This document shows, one piece after another, positions 62,678 to 64,000 of a stretch of DNA of 64,000 nt (positions within the stretch are counted from its first letter, which is position 1; each line of letters opens with the position of its first letter). Under the pieces are notes generated by a model that saw only the letters and a list, made by a program, of their open reading frames with translations, searched no databases and was not told where the DNA came from. Both the position numbers and the translations under genes were made by a program. The stretch comes from an uncultured Planctomycetaceae bacterium (GTDB taxonomy: Bacteria; Planctomycetota; Planctomycetia; Planctomycetales; Planctomycetaceae), in the NCBI GenBank assembly GCA_963813715.1, contig CAWFAK010000008.1:576001-640000 (forward strand). The letters are read 5' to 3'.

Positions 62678-64000
62678 TTAGACGTCGAGGTCGTCGGCGA
62701 ACGACGCCTCTTCCATGATCACCCGATAGCGTTCGGACGCGTCTTTTCCCAAGAGCTGAGAGAACGTTTTGTCCGTTTCCACCTGACTTTCGATCTCCGC
62801 CTGCAGGAGCACGCGGGCCTTCGGATCGAGAGTCGTTTCCTTGAGCTGCTTGGCGTCCATCTCGCCCAGACCCTTGAAACGGTAGACCTCGAATTTGCGA
62901 TGACTGCCGAGCCGCAGCAGGATCTCTTCCTTGGCGGCATCGTCCTGCGCGTAAAAGGTCTCGCTCGAGGTCACAATGCGGTAGAGGGGCGGCTGGGCGA
63001 TGAAGAGTTTGCCCTGTGAGATCAGCTCGCGCATGTGGCGGAAGAAAAAGGTCAAAAGCAGCGTGCAGATGTGATAGCCGTCGCTATCGGCGTCCATCAG
63101 CAGGATCACGCGGCCGTAGCGGAGTTTGTGGATGTCGAACTGCGCTCCGATACCCGTGCCGAGCGCTTCGATCAGATCCTTCACTTCTTGATTTTCGAGA
63201 ATCTTACTGAGGGACAGGGCCTCGGTGTTGAGGATTTTCCCGCGCAGCGGGAGTACGGCCTGCGTGCGGTTGTCGCGGCCCATCGCTGCTGTGCCGCCGG
63301 CCGAGTCTCCTTCGACGATGAACAGCTCCGTCTTCGCCGAGTCGGTCTGCCGGCAGTCGAGCAGCTTGCCGGGAAGATTCGTGCGGCGGGAACCGGGCGA
63401 CTTGCGGCGAACTTCGCTGGCGGCGTCGCGACTGGCGAGCCGTGCCCGCGCAGCCAGCACGATGCGGCCGATGATCGCGTCGGCGATCGAGGGATTGTTG
63501 TTGAGCCACGTTTCGAGCCCCGGCCGCACAATTCCTTCGACGAGGCCGGTTAACTCAGGATTGTTGAGTCGCTCCTTGGTCTGCCCCTGGAACATGGGGT
63601 CCGGATGGAAGACCGAGAGGACGCCGATGGCCCCTTCGCGGACGTCCTCGCCCGTGATACTCAGGCCTTTGTGCTTGATGTCATGCACTTCGAGGTAGCT
63701 GCGGACTGCCCGCACGATGCCGTTGCGGAAGCCGTTCTCGTGCGTGCCGCCGGCGTGCGTGCGAATGCCGTTGACGTAGCTGCGAATATTTTCGTCGGTC
63801 GACTCGCTCCAGCGAAGGACGACTTCGATCCGCGTGGTCCCTTCGTCTTTTTCGGTCGCGTAAATCTGCTCGTGGCTGGGACGCTTCTGGCTCTCGGTCG
63901 TCAGTTTTTCGAGGAAGCCGGCAATTCCCTCCGGGTGCACGAAGTCGATTCGCTCGTTCTTCGCCTCGTCGACAAGCGTGATCCGCAGGCCGCCATGAAT
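62678..64000 (-). CDS. Type IIA DNA topoisomerase subunit B (ParE/GyrB family), 5' partial
   Basis: GGTHE, FQGQTK, LPGKL, VEGDSAGG, PLRGKILN, DADSDG.HI, RFKGLGEM; frame open to the window edge. Confidence 0.95.
   Translation of the reverse strand: MHGGLRITLVDEAKNERIDFVHPEGIAGFLEKLTTESQKRPSHEQIYATEKDEGTTRIEVVLRWSESTDENIRSYVNGIRTHAGGTHENGFRNGIVRAVRSYLEVHDIKHKGLSITGEDVREGAIGVLSVFHPDPMFQGQTKERLNNPELTGLVEGIVRPGLETWLNNNPSIADAIIGRIVLAARARLASRDAASEVRRKSPGSRRTNLPGKLLDCRQTDSAKTELFIVEGDSAGGTAAMGRDNRTQAVLPLRGKILNTEALSLSKILENQEVKDLIEALGTGIGAQFDIHKLRYGRVILLMDADSDGYHICTLLLTFFFRHMRELISQGKLFIAQPPLYRIVTSSETFYAQDDAAKEEILLRLGSHRKFEVYRFKGLGEMDAKQLKETTLDPKARVLLQAEIESQVETDKTFSQLLGKDASERYRVIMEEASFADDLDV

Noticed and set aside
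1..64000. Pervasive frameshifts read as pseudogenisation or programmed frameshifting
   Set aside because: They hit normally essential genes (lpxB, fabI, rho), are almost all single-base indels without in-frame stops, and share no slippery motif; sequencing error is the simplest explanation.

Overview
GC-rich bacterial chromosome segment, very probably from a planctomycete: it carries a PSCyt/PSD1 cytochrome protein, an Arg-rich extended Rho, a DnaK-paralogue Hsp70 and planctomycete-style repeats. Single-base frameshifts interrupt roughly half of the genes, including lpxB, fabI and rho, so this looks like an unpolished long-read assembly rather than mass gene decay; many coordinates below are stitched across frameshifts. 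Core content: asnB, rpsO-pnp-histidine kinase-sigma54 regulator, lpxB/DUF374 lipid A genes, a membrane glycosylation cluster (2x ArnT/GT39-like, 2x GT87-like, GT2, EEP hydrolase, LptF/G permease), a two-component pair, fabI, MFS, apbE-doxX-Tat oxidoreductase, Hsp70, ECF sigma/anti-sigma, rho, thioredoxin-YHS and a type IIA topoisomerase B subunit. Accessory blocks lie at about 6.1-8.1, 13.4-15.2, 18.5-20.2 and 21.3-27.2 kb, and each ends at a REP-like palindrome. The largest holds a REP-associated HUH tyrosine transposase (RAYT), a DDE IS and a related 152-bp MITE, each of the latter two inserted with a target duplication into the loop of a REP hairpin. A second notable pattern is that six unrelated proteins end in Ala-Ala-stop, five of them after basic residues. 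No rRNA, tRNA or CRISPR array was recognised.
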